Positions 21,363 through 34,883 of a stretch of DNA of 64,000 nt are shown here, in pieces. Under the pieces are notes generated by a model. It was not told where the DNA came from, did no database searches, and saw only the letters and a program-made list of their open reading frames with translations. A program made the position numbers and the translations under genes. Source of the stretch: Owenia fusiformis (taxonomy: Eukaryota); contig CAIIXF020000001.1 in NCBI GenBank assembly GCA_903813345.2, positions 30,814,001-30,878,000 on the forward strand, in the 5' to 3' direction. How positions within the stretch are numbered: position 1 is the stretch's first letter; each line of letters opens with the position of its first letter.

Positions 21363-24300
21363 TGATAAAAACAAATTTACAACTGTTTTTACTTTTACTA
21401 AGAGTCTCATCAGTTGAAATATCAATGATGATTTTGAAAATATTTCATCATTTAATAAAGATGTCACTTGTAGTTTGAATTTGCTCAGTCCAAGGAGGAT
21501 CGAAACTTGATATTTTCCACCAATGAAAACGTTGAAATGTCGTTATTTTCTGAAATTATAACCGTCTATAAATTCAAAATAAACAGTTCAAAGGATTCAA
21601 ACCAATATCTCGATCATTTCTTGTGAGTTTTGAGGTTCAAATGTTGAAGTGAACAAAATGGCGGCTGTTTGAATTTGAATTTTGTATAACGACATGCCTA
21701 TGTATTGGACAGAATATCGATCTTGCACTCTGGGAGCCAATCCTCCTTGAGCTCAGTTTGAAAATGGTAATATGGTTTGAGACCAGAACACACAAATTGG
21801 ATTCATTCCAATTTAATTCCACTATCCTCAAATTAGGAACTCAATATAAAATTCAACATTATAAACGTTTCACGAAGTGCAATGTTACACACATACTGGT
21901 ATACTTTGCAATTCCTGCAATGTCAATGAAGGAGACAGATGTCACAAATACTAGCATCTACAAAAAGGTCCTTCCAAAAAGGTTATCTGATCAAACAATG
22001 CACTCAATACAAGTTAATAACACAAATGCGAGTAGGTAGTTACCAGTTTCACCACTAGGTGGCTCATTCGCGTCAGATAGCATGGCGGGTATAGTAGAAA
22101 GTTCCCTTAACTGAAATTACATCTGTTTTAGTTGTTAAATTTTTCATATAACCCTTATGTATCTAATTGTTGTGCAAATTAAAATATGTCCATTAAAAGA
22201 AAATGTTATCTGTCCAATACAAGAAAAGATATTTCACTTTTTGTGATTTTGTTACATGGAGTTTATGGGGAATCTCCCCGAACTAGAAGTCACATTTTTA
22301 AAAAAAATTAAATTTTCAAATGCTTGCACAAAAAAAATTGGGCCCCTCAAACCAAGTGAAAATTTAAGGCCCATTTTCTAAATAATCTGGCCCCTTAAGG
22401 CTCTACCAAGGGGGGGGGGCTGGGCCCGGGCCCGGGCCCCCAGACCCGCCAGTGTTTGTAGATGTAATTTTACATGTAGATTTCAAATATGACATCACTT
22501 TGACTGAATTTTGATTATTTAATGATGTAAATTAAGATTATTTCTTCTCGCATCTAGTCTATTACAGCAAATATCAATTGTAAGAGAAGAAAAGTTAGTA
22601 AATGAGTAAATATTACAGTTTAAAAAAGAGCTTGCATATTAAATGAATAAACTGCCTTTTAACACTTCACAAACACCATGCCTTTTAAAAAGTATAAGGT
22701 GTGCATGGCACTGTATGCCCCTCTTATAGTTTTCACTTACTAGACAAGGAATTTTATCAAGCTTTAGTATTTACAGAAAAGAAGGAGTGTATCAAAGTCT
22801 ATTGATGCTGCAAATTACAGGCTGTTGTGCTTTTTTTAAAGATCTGGGGTACATAGGGTCATAATAAGACTTTGACTCTTTTAAGTCATGTCTTCTACTC
22901 CTCCTCCCTTTAAAACCTAATTTCAAAAGGTTTAAACATTACATTGTTCTTTAATGGCTACCTGAAGCTTGAGTGAATCGGCTGAAGAAATAGACAATCA
23001 GATTCCAATGTTTTAGCCATAGAGGGTAAGAACTGTGTCTGGGCTAAGTTCGATATTTTGCCAAAGAATATCTTTGATTATGTACAGGATCACATGGTAA
23101 GCACTGTCTGGATATATTGCAGTATAAATAGTTAGTTTAATTATTGGAATAGACTTTGATTAAGATAAAGTATTTTATCACATTAGCCAATAATGAGATT
23201 ACAGCAATGAAATAAATGTTTGTGATAGGGGCACGTATCAAATTGTCAAATTGGTCTGGATAAGATAAACAAACAAACAAACAAGTGTTAAACTAACTGA
23301 TATCACAATTTCACTGGCAACTTTTAACTTTTCTCTACTCTTTTTCAATTTCAGTATCAAGGACATTAAATGAATACTCTTGATTTTCAATTTTATTAAT
23401 AGAAATACAGTTTCAAGTTTGACTCATTTATAGGGTTTATTTTGTTGTAGTTCAAAAATGCTTGTGATATACATAACAACTCAGAAATTGTGTATTTATG
23501 TAAGTACTTAACATTACATATTTTACTGCACTGATACAAAAGATCATTTGATGTTTCCGCATACAGGTGTATTGATGGAAATAGTGACATATAGATAAAG
23601 AGCTCATATATTTAGAATGGGTGGATTGCATGTGTCTTTAACATGTTAGTCACAGGTCAGGGGATAAATTCCTGACCTATATCTCAACTACACAAAATAG
23701 TCCTGGGATTATATCACTTTATTTTTCTAACCAAAGTTCAGATCTCATTAAGATTGAGCAGTTAACACAAGATGCATATCAGTATCCTATTACCAGCAAA
23801 AAATTCAAATTTTCTTTGCTTATTTACCCCTCTGTATCTTTGTTTCATATTCAAGGAGTAACTTTCACTTAACTCTGTCACAGTACATGTATATATTTTA
23901 TATGAGGGTTGAGGAATTTTCAAATTGAATTATTTTGAACAATTCTTTTGAATTAAGTTGTTTTCATGTTCATATTTCAATGTTGTGTGTATAATTGACT
24001 GAGTTTGAACTTAAACTAATAATTTGACTTTAGAATTTTTTCAAGGGGAGTATTTTGCATTTTTAGGTTATTATTTTGTTGTAAACAGTATATAGCCTCT
24101 TTATTAATTTATACAGTATTAGCTTTTACATATATTTTAAACATACATCTTTTTAAAGAATGAAGCAGTTGACCTTTACATGAATTGAAACAGTTTTGTT
24201 TGTATTGTGTATTTAAGTCTGATTTACTCTAATCACCATTTTGGCCAGGACATGACCCAATGGAGAGATATGTGATTAAAACCCACACATGTAAATGTTG

Positions 24301-27300
24301 CTATATACATAATGATGCAACAGATGATCCCAATATCTACAGCAAGAACAATGGCAATTTATTTATGGTATGTACTTTTATGTACAGTTGTTGATGGTGG
24401 GTATAATGGGTACCCGTATTTATACTCTTGAAATCTCCTGAAAATGGTTATAATAAAACTCTCTAAAATGCTCAGGTTACACCCCATTCTTCCAAATATT
24501 GATTTTCAGATTCAAGCAGACAACATAATTTGAATCCCCAGAAATCCTCAAATTATTTCAAATGCTGGTTTTCATATAAGGTAATTTAAAAATTTGGTTT
24601 GAAATTGAACCAGCATAGTAGTGATAGCAAAGAGCAAGCTGCTATAGAGAAATTTAGAAAAACACAAGCCTTTTCAAATATGGTATTTGCATATTGAGGT
24701 TTCTTGGACTCTGTGGGAGGGGGGTCTTTTTAATTGAAAAGGCAGGCCATAGACAAGAACCATGTGCTCTACTTGCTACATGCAACTGACACCTCAGATT
24801 TTCAACAAAATGGCTTGTTGTACACTCCCATCCAAATTTTGGGTAAACCCAACTCCTCTATTGGAGCACTTGTAAAAGTCTGTTAATTCATGGCAATTCA
24901 AAAGGATCATCAGATTTTTCATATATAGCCAGAAAAATTCAAACCTGAACAGGCGTTAAACTGTGCTTTCCAATGGGAAGGCAGAGTTGCCAAATGTTTG
25001 GAGGGGAGTGTATTTCCATATACAATAGAATACTCCCATAGAACAGCACACTGGTCCAATAATTCAACACACTGGTCCAATGATTCTTGCCTAGAATGGG
25101 AATGGAATAATTCAGATGTCAATACAATTACACTGGATGCCACACAGATGCTAACAAAAATCAAGAACTCTCAATTCCCATTGGATAACAAATTACTTAC
25201 ACTATAAGGTAATCAGAGAACATCTAGTAATTTGATGGACTATTTATTTCTATATGTAACTGACTCTAAAGATAAGGTTGGATTTGGTCAATTCACTAAG
25301 TAAACTCTAGGAGTCTGTAAATGATATGTGAGTACTAGGATACATATCTTTCATCACTTTCAACTCCAGTCTGGGTTTAAACATGCTAAAAGAGAGAAAA
25401 TATAAACTATAGAAAACTGACTCAAGGGTTAGGTTAGACACACAGACCTGATTAACAATAACTGATATATTTTCATAATCTATTCCAGAGTATATGCTGG
25501 GATAAGATAGCTGGGATTTAATAAAGAGCTTTCTTCCAAGTTGGAGTTTGGATACTGTATAAATAGCCAAAAGAAAAGCACATCAGGCAGTTTACGAGAC
25601 AATATACTATTGGTAAGTTGAAATTATGTATTATCTCGATAAATATATTGACATGTCGGGGCGAGAAATATTTATTTACTAGTTTTTCTATTCTCTGAAA
25701 TAATACAATGTCTTTTTATCTGAATTTTAAAAAAACCCAATAAATCCTGTAAATAATTCTCATGACATACTCTCAATAAGAGAATATACATGTGGGCCCT
25801 TGATTAAAACTGGAAATAATTTTATTACAGTGATTTTTCTTTTCGCAATGGTTTTATTATTTGACAAATGTTGATGTTTATAGATTAATTGCTACAGAAA
25901 TCTTTACACGCATTCATATGTTTCTGCCATTTTGATTAATTGGGCCCTCCATTGGATTGTGATATATCTTGAAATGATGCCATTAGTTTGTACTTACGTG
26001 CCGAAAAATATTAGCGAACATGCCTAATACTAGACAGCTAGCATAGAATAAAATTAATTCTTAGCTCGATACTTAAATTAACATCAAAGAAAGATCTCAA
26101 GATTTCTATTTTCAGTGTGCGTAGGATTGTGAAATAATATTAAAGTTCTGTCTGTATTTGAAAGGGTTTCTTCATGGGAGATTTTTACAGGATACATGTA
26201 AACTTTCGCACCTCATCATAAAGTAAAACTGCAATTTATCATCTGTATGGCATGTATACTTATATTTAGTGTATTTTGGGCCTCAATACATATTTGTCAA
26301 ATTGTGTATGGTATGTGGCCAAACAAAAGCCAGCCAGGAAAGACATAAAATTGTTTTCAGGTTCCGAATAGATTATAGCTTACCACTTGATTGACAATAA
26401 TGTGAGGGTGAGAATATCTGCCCAAGGCAAATCCTTGTCTTGCGTTTTATTGGTTGCTGTGTCATAGTTCTACTTTGAGTTGTTTTTCAATATTTTAATC
26501 ATAGAGCAAACTATGCAATATACACTCTGAAACAAAGGTACAGAGAATTCAATTCGAGTGCACTGTACTTTAATTTATGGATGTCTAAGGACTAGGCTGC
26601 TATTGTGAACCCATGGACCACTGGTAAACCATACCAGTGATAGATAAGAGATGGTTTGGTAAGTCAGAATATATGGACTAATTGTTATTTCAATTTATCA
26701 GTGTAGAGATTCTGAAAATTGAACCTGAAGACCAGGATGCTGTAAAATATATAACTTCTTTCAGGATTTCTCTATTATTTGCCAGCAGGGTATAACAACT
26801 AAAATATACAAAAATGAAAACTCACGCGTAAGTACTGTATGGATCTATTCCGATTTAGAGAATTTGAAAGAGGTGATATATTACAGAACGTCATACAGGA
26901 ATCTCTGTAGCTTTGTCGGCAGGTTAGTATCTTCTGCTTGTTAACTCAGCTCAAAGCTACGGTTGACAAGGAAACAAGCAAAAGTGAAATAGAATTTTTA
27001 TTAGGTTTTGAAGTACACACTGAGTCATAGAGGCCATTAGGGCAACAATAGGTGGTGATTAGGCAGTCGTTAAATCATGATTTAGATGTGAGCTTATGGA
27101 CCAGGGGAATAAATGAAGGAAGGTGAGGAGCTTTAAGTTATAAACATTTCTTCTCTTGTCACCTTTGTGTTAATAGATTTCTTATTGCTCTTTGTAATTT
27201 AAAGGAACGGATCCTTAAAGGGATCAGACACAAGTATTTGGCAAATTGTTTTGAAGAAAAAAGTTGATGTGTAACATTTGAAAATGTCATTATTAAAAAA

Positions 27301-30010
27301 TTCTAGTGCTAGGTGTTCAAGGACTTCTAATACAATAAACACCATTATTTAGAAAATGAGTGCTCTAACATCTTTATAGCAAATGAAAAAGTCAGATTTA
27401 AAAACAACAATTTACCAGTTAACCAATGTTTTGTGGAGAGAGGATGTTATCCTCTATAATCAATTTAGCAAGTAATTTACTTCATAGATTTGAACAAATT
27501 AAATGTACTATAACAATTTATGAGAATTATTTAGATGAAAAACTTAATTCTATTGACAATTGTGGATATATTATTTTTTCAAATATCACAATTAATCAAA
27601 ATGATAGGTCCCCTAAGATAATATTTATTTCCTCGTGAAATGTACTTTGCTGCCATTGGGGAAAAGATAAGTTCTAAATAAATAAATAGCATATGTCTGA
27701 GTTGTTCCATTGTGGCTCATCTGAGGGCATCTTAGTCTTGCTACAAATATTGCTGAAATCAATTTTCTGAGGCAAATAGGCTATATGGTTCTCATCATAC
27801 GTTGATAAGAAAATGAGTTGGAGTTACATCGCTATTTAATTGATATATATTCATGTTTTTTTTATTTAACAGCCTTGCTTCAATTCTGTCATGTATCATA
27901 TATGTATGTATCTTTGCATATATAGCATATTCATTTTATGAGGACAAATTAGGTTATTTGTTTAGTAATGCTTTAGTCGGGTAACAAGATATATACAAGA
28001 TTCTTAACATATACATTTTTTTAATTTGCTAGTACTTATTAGGCTTCCTCTTTTGTTTTGTATTGACCTTAGAGGACTCAAAAAGCACATATTATATTAT
28101 TATCTCAATGCCTTTTTCTGGAAAACTTGACAAGTCAAGATTTATGTATGAGCGGCTGAGATAATTCAGAGAGGCCTCTAAATGGCTTGTGAAGACCAGA
28201 CAATTTTTTGTGACATAACAGCCTAATTCTTTCTATTTCTTCAAAGTATTTCGCTATCTAAGAAAATCAAATATCATAGCTAGACATCCAATATGATGTA
28301 GACCGCAGTAAAATATATTTAATGCCTGACTCCACAGTTATCAGGGCTGTAATCAAGCTGCGATCAAAGCAACTCAAGTCAAGTCTAATAACGAAAAAAC
28401 TCCTTTTCATAACCAAGTGAGGATTTGGCCATATCTTGTAATTTTGTGGCCCTATGTTAGAATGGTAATTTTATTTATGACTTTCCCTTGGGGATCTTAG
28501 CATCTAACAAGTGAAATTATACAGGAAAGGTCAAAAGTAATTTAATGGTTCATTGTGGAAATTATTTCTCTTCTAAAGCAATTTTGTTTCACATGAGGTG
28601 GCCAGAACATAGATCTTATCATAGAGTCCATGTGAAGGCAAGTTATGAAGACAAGTTGTGAATGCTGTACATTGTAAGGCCTAGGGGCAAGAAGTCAGCG
28701 AAAAGTATCAATTTTGATGTTGTTGTTGTTTGGTGAAAATAAAAGTGAATTGAAGAAGTCAAAAGATATTTTATTTCAGACTTCCTCTGTGATCAGTCAC
28801 GCTTGATAATCAGTGACCAAAAATCTTAGTGTCAGTACAAATAAGAGAAAATATTTGTTAACCAGGTTTGAAAAAAGTACATGTAGTTATACCATTTTAC
28901 AGATCACATTTTAAATGTTAAAAATAAATTAATTAATGCTAGAATATCTAATAAAGGTAGAACATAAGTGTTGCATTATGGTTTTTGTGAAATCCAATAA
29001 GAACAGAAATATTCAGCAATTTGCAATCTTGGCTATAAGGATGACGTGCACGTACATGTCACGCTGATCTCATCTGTTATAGATTGTTTCATGTATAAGC
29101 AACTTCCTTAGAACTCATCTGTGCATATAATAATGCTAACTAACTAATGAATAATATATAAGTCAATTTGTAATTATGGGCAATATAACATTGTATATTA
29201 ATTATGGAATAGTTAATTAGATTCTTATACACAAGAGGTACTGTTTATGGTATGTATGATTAGTGAGATAAATTCGGAGATATCATGTCTTCCCTCAGGA
29301 TGTACCCCATGATATGCCAAACCTCCCATAGGATCAATATTTATAGAATTTATGTAAAATGGAAGTTTGAATGTTTCTCTTCTTAAGAGTCCTTTATAAC
29401 CACCTCTTCTTTCCCTGGTCCTGTATTCCTTAAATGGCAAAAAGGCTTAATCTTTTTAAGTATCTTTTTAAAGCATGCTTTATTAGACAAGGACAGTCAC
29501 TGCTGTGCTTCAACAAATTAAATTGGACATATACAATAGCAATGAGAATGTTAAGTCTTAGAGATTCAGTGATCATTCACAGCCGAAGATGAGCAATTCA
29601 TAAGCTAAATAGTTGCTGTTTTACGTATTATTAACTGCCACTGTTACACCTCAAGTTTTGTTTGAAGGATTGTTGTTTGAATGCCAGGAGGAACAAGCCA
29701 TATTCAGTGAACCATGAGAATTCCTGATATGCAAGGCAGATTTATGAAATCAAGAATCCTATTTTGGGTGGAACGTTTAGAGTGCAGTAATAATGAAGAG
29801 TAAAGAGCATTATGTAAGAGAGAGGGAGTTGTAAATTATTCTACCATTGGTGGCCTTTAGCTGGCTGCAATCTGAAATAACACAGTGCAAATTGGCAAAT
29901 TAGTAGTTTCTTAAATTACTCAACATGATTTATCTAGTTTTCATGCCTTGAATTCTATTGCTGCTCACTTTCAGAGGGTATCTTAGAATGTTGAATAATT
30001 GGGACCTCAC

Positions 30011-30440
30011 AAGTGTTCACTTTAGAGAAGTGTTCGCAATGGAGAAGTGTAACAATAGAAAGGTGTAATAGAACACTACAAAAATATGCATAACAGAAAT
30101 GTGTTTCATGTAGACACATGTTCACATGTCATCCATATTGAGAAGGGTCTCTATTAAAGAAAAATTAAAAATATGTTCATAATAGATATGTGTCGACTTA
30201 AGACATTCATATCCATAGATACATTATATAAATAAGAAATGTTCATTTTAGAAAGGTGTTTAACTTTTCATTTTAATCTACTGACTATAGAAAGTGTTCA
30301 CCATACGAAATTGTTCATGTTAGAAAGATGTTCACTATAGAAAAAGTATTCAATATAGAAATGTGTTCACTTTCAGAAAGGTAATCACTGGAGAATTGTT
30401 CACTCAGATGGTTTTACTGTATATTCATTCTTACTAGAAA
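30011..30440 (+). repeat. Degenerate ~17-bp minisatellite (AGAAA.GTGTTCAC.AT-like)
   Basis: Recurrent aagtgttcactttagag / aaatgtgttcactttcag / aagatgttcactatag units. Confidence 0.6.
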
Positions 30441-31435
30441 TGCCTCCTCTCACACATGTGTCAGTAATTGGCATCACTGCTTAGAACTATTACAGAGATT
30501 TAGAGGACATTTAATGCTCACTTTGTTTAGAAAATAGTATGTTTGTATGTTTTATACCCATGTTATGTTGTCTTGTTTCAAATCAGTCCCATCGCCTGTA
30601 ATGTATTTCAACTATATGGTTCGGTGCAAGAGCATCCAGGGGCATTTCTGTGGTGGTAGATTGAGCGGGTAGTCTTTTGATCAGAGATTTAGGACCAGGA
30701 GTGACAGAATTGTAAGCAACATTATTTACTATTTTCATGCAAGTTTTGAGAAAGTTCTGTGGTTTAATATTTAACTTTGATCCATAGTGTTCAGGGCTGT
30801 AGCCAGGATTTGCCAAGGGGGTTCATTTTTTGAAAAATTCCAGGGGTTGTTGACTTTTGGCTACATTGGCCCAAAAATGGCCAAAATCACTTGAAAGTGC
30901 TCAGCCATCCTCAGTCTTCATGACAATTTTAATCTTCTATTCTATAAACTCTCATTTGCTCAAAATGGGTACAGAATACTGCGAGTATTGGGAAAGGGGG
31001 TTCGATACAGGACCTGGTATAGGCTGCAATATAATGAGCATATACAGAGCTGTAGCTAAACCTGCTTTGTCTTTGATCAAACTATTACCTATTTTTATAT
31101 CCTCACAGTCATGGAGAGACAGAACATTAATGGCCGGTGGATTGAAATACAAGACTTGATGTCAGATTAGAATTTAGGTTGTGCTACTCTTAATATTCAA
31201 AATTTCATTATCTGTAATGCATTGAGTCAGAGTTTCATTTGATTTAGGACTATTAGCTGAGGGATATTGGAGAAGATCAGCTGGTAAATTGGCAATACTC
31301 TCTGCTATAATGGGTCTAATGATACCCTTATATTGCTAAGCCTTCTGATGAAATTCAAATCTCAATTTACTAAGTTTCTTCTTCTTGTCACATTCCCAGT
31401 CTCTCTCTCTCAGCATTCACTTGTGTGTTTCCTCA

Positions 31436-32850
31436 CAGGCCCGTAAGACACTTTTCTCCAAGGGGGGTGCGGTTTTTAGCTTACTAAAGAGAATATAGAA
31501 TTGTCATTTTTTTGCCGCGTAAATCAAATCGCGTAAGACAGAGGGGGGGGGGGGGTCAGTTACTCCCTATATTGGTTTGGAATTAACAAATGCAACTTCC
31601 AAACGTTCCAATTGTTTTGTGGGGGGTGTGAAGTGGTCCACTCCCTATAGAAAATTTTAGTTTTGAGATGCTATTTTGTGCTTTCTGGGCACTTTCAAAG
31701 TGTTAGTTTCTAAGTAGTACGCCACCACCACGGGAATAAGAGTTGAGTGAATAAAAAACCGAGCATTCAGGGGGGTCTGGGGGTTCTCCCCCAGGAAAAT
31801 TGTGAAATTTGGTTGTATTTGGAGCGAATTTGCAACCATCTGGTACGCCTGTGCGTTATGAGTCAATACGAAAAATGTGATTTTTTCAAATTCTTTTGGG
31901 GGTGTCAAAGGGGATGAGAGGGTGAAGTGGGGTGGGGTGCCAGTAGGGGAGCAAGGGGTTGTCCCCCAGAAACATTGACCATATCAAGGTGCTATTTGAT
32001 GATGTCTGGGCACTTAAAAAATGTCTGAGACAATACATGAAATTCAGAATATTTTCTTTTGTTTTGTGGGGGATGTGAGGGGTGGCTAACTCTCCTAGAA
32101 AATTTTACAATTTAAAGATGATATTTGGTGCTTCTGGGCACTTTTAAAGTGTATTAGTCAATAAAAACATTGAAAAACAATCACATTTTTTTTCAGATTT
32201 TGGGGGTGTCAAAGGGGGGGGGGGAGGGGTGCCACAGGGGGAGGTGGGGCTGGGGTGCCAGAGGGGGAGCAAGTGTTTGTCCCCCATATCAAAATTTACA
32301 ATATCAAGATGCTATTCGATGAAGTTTGGGCACTTTAAAAGTGTCTGTGCCTAAAAGTGCCTATTTCCCAAGAAAATTTTACAATTTTAAGATGCTATTT
32401 GGTGCTTTCTAGGCACTTTCAAAGGGTATGAGTCAATAAAAAAATTTGAAAAATCTCAATTTCTTTTTTTGGGGGGGGGGTGTTAAGGGAGGGGGGCTGC
32501 CAGAGGGGGAGGTGGAGTGGGGATGCCAGAGGGCGAGTAAGTGTTAGTGTTCCAGAATCATTAACTTTATCAAGGAGCTATTTGATGATGTCTGGGCAAT
32601 TTAAAAGTGTCTGACAAATTCAGAACTTTTCCATTGTTTTGTTTGGGGTGTGAGGGGTGGCCCACTCCCCCTAGAAAATTTTACAATTTTACGACGCTAT
32701 TTGGTGCTTTCTGGGTACTTTCAAAGTGTATGAGTCAATGAAAAAATTACAAAAAAACTATTTTTCAAAAATTTTTTTTCAAATTTATTTTGGGGGGTGA
32801 CAAAGGGGGGTGCGGTCGCACCCATCGCACCCCCCCATCTGACGGCCCTG
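31436..32850 (+). mobile_element. G-tract-rich non-autonomous TIR element with 5-bp TSD, copy 2
   Basis: Same termini as 13806-15447; TSD CCTCA on both sides; ~230 bp shorter than copy 1. Confidence 0.9.
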
Positions 32851-34311
32851 CCTCATGAAACTTGGATCTCTGATTGAGCATGTTTTGATAAATCAGTCTA
32901 CATGTTTCATTGATATGATGTGTATATCATTGAATTTTTCAAATGTTACCCATTGTCATTACATGATCTTTGAGAATTTATAACCATGACAATAATATTA
33001 TAGAGAGATGGTATTTCAAAAATGTTCTTGCCATATATGGCACTTGATACGTTTTGTTCTTTAAGAACAAATATATGACTTTTACATAAACAGTCAAGAT
33101 AAGTGTATGTGCTGTTATTTGTGATATGTTATTCATAATTAAGATTTTTGCCTCATGATTATTCTGTTCGTGTGACAAAAATGTACCCATGAAAGTGCAC
33201 TAATTATTTTGCCTTTGCCAATAATAATCCCTTTCTAAACCATTTACTTCCTATTTCCATAAAAATTTCCTTCCTTAGTAAAACAAATTTTCCTCCTAAT
33301 CTCCCCAACCCCCAGTCTGTGTCTTGTCTTTCAGTAGGGAAATATGGTGGCCATTAGTCAGTGTTTGGTCTTCATGAGATTAACATATAATATTTCTCCT
33401 CTGATATGGCAAGAAATATTGTTTATACTTCTCCAAGGCCTCTTTGCATGTTATGTTTTCACCTCTTTTCAAAGCCTCAAAGAAACCGCCTGTAATGTAA
33501 TAGTAGCACTTAAGAAAGTGTTACATTTTGAGTTTGTATGTGTGATTGAACTGCACAAATGGAGAGTAGGTGAAAATGGAGTTTATTTGACAGAAGCCTA
33601 AATTATCATCTTCTTGTTCCAGAGATAGGGTTCAACATGGAAAAATATTATTAGCTAATTGTCTTTGATTTCATATTTCATGTATTTGTTACAATGTGTT
33701 TGTTTTGACTTTTGTGTGTGACCATATTTTTTAATGTCATGTAGAATGTCTAATATATCAGAGTGTGTTTTGTTGATGGTTTTGACATGAAACTCCTCAG
33801 TGTGATTTATAGTGAACATACACAAAATATATTTTCATGCTTTGAAATAGCTTGACGTCATATCTTCCTTAACGATTCATTAAAAGTGAATTTCCTTTAT
33901 TCGTTCACCTACAATAATGATTAATGCTTATTTAGAGGGATCTCTGTGAATTTAGGTATCATATAGCCTGTTTTAATATACAGCAATCAGTTCATTAGGA
34001 GATGCTAATTTCACCTGGCCAAATGTCATTGCTTTAATGTGTGCATCTTCCCTCAGGTTGGAAATGAATCCTTCCTTCAGCTGATGTATCAGTAATGCAA
34101 GTTGGGGTTTGCACATATTGCAAATTGTTGTTCTCAACTCAGTGCACCTCATTGAAAGTGTTTGTTTAGATTCCATTCTTTAGAGGAAGTTTCAAACTGT
34201 GAACTAAACGAAGCAATTTTTGTGATAGCATTTTCTGAAGTTGTTGTTAATTGTGGAATTTTGTTGTATTATTTAGGCATTAATCTGGATGATCTCCCTC
34301 TGTTATCATTA

Positions 34312-34883
34312 CCCCCCTATCACACCAAACTAGTTCTTACCCGTTCTTGCCAGACCTACGAAAATGTCGTAAAACAGGCTCAATCTGGCTGTGGTCTGGA
34401 AATATGTCTAAAATAATTAGCCACTTCGTTCATAAACAGTCTTCAATACGTCCATCTCATTCGCAGTTCGTTCAGGTTGCACCACGTCGGTGTGCAACGT
34501 AGTATAAACCGTCCCTTAGTCTAGAAGGTCATCATGACAGAACGGTATGGTCGCCATCGAATTTTGAATCGATTCAAAATTCTAAATCACATACCCCGTC
34601 CGGGAAAGTCCATGGAGTTCGTAAACAGACCATAGAACGTTGTAGCTACGTTCATTCAGTTCGCACACAGTTTAAAACCGATTCGGTAACGTTTTGACGA
34701 TCACCCGAAAATTTTGAGCATGCTCTAAGTGCTGGAGGACCTACTCGTTCTAGTAGTTTCATGAAGTTTGTAAACAGATCCTAAATGGTTCTTAGTGGGT
34801 TCTTAGTACGTCAAATCCGTTCGTGCACAGTTTGAGCCCGTTTTCAAGAACGTAGTGAGAACTAGTTTGGTGTGATAGTAGGG
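34312..34883. mobile_element. PIF/Harbinger-like MITE
   Basis: ~35-bp TIR CCCCCCTATCACACCAAACTAGTTCT / AGAACTAGTTTGGTGTGATAGTAGGG; TTA on both flanks; CpG-rich relative to surroundings. Confidence 0.8.

Noticed and set aside
22330..22455. GC-rich patch ending CCCCCAGACCCGCCAGTG
   Set aside because: Looks like a lone TIR-element end (as does ~30792-30850); no partner end or TSD, so not annotated.
22995..23102. Open stretch ending in CATG|gtaagc as a coding exon
   Set aside because: No convincing acceptor, no partner exons and no recognisable protein similarity.
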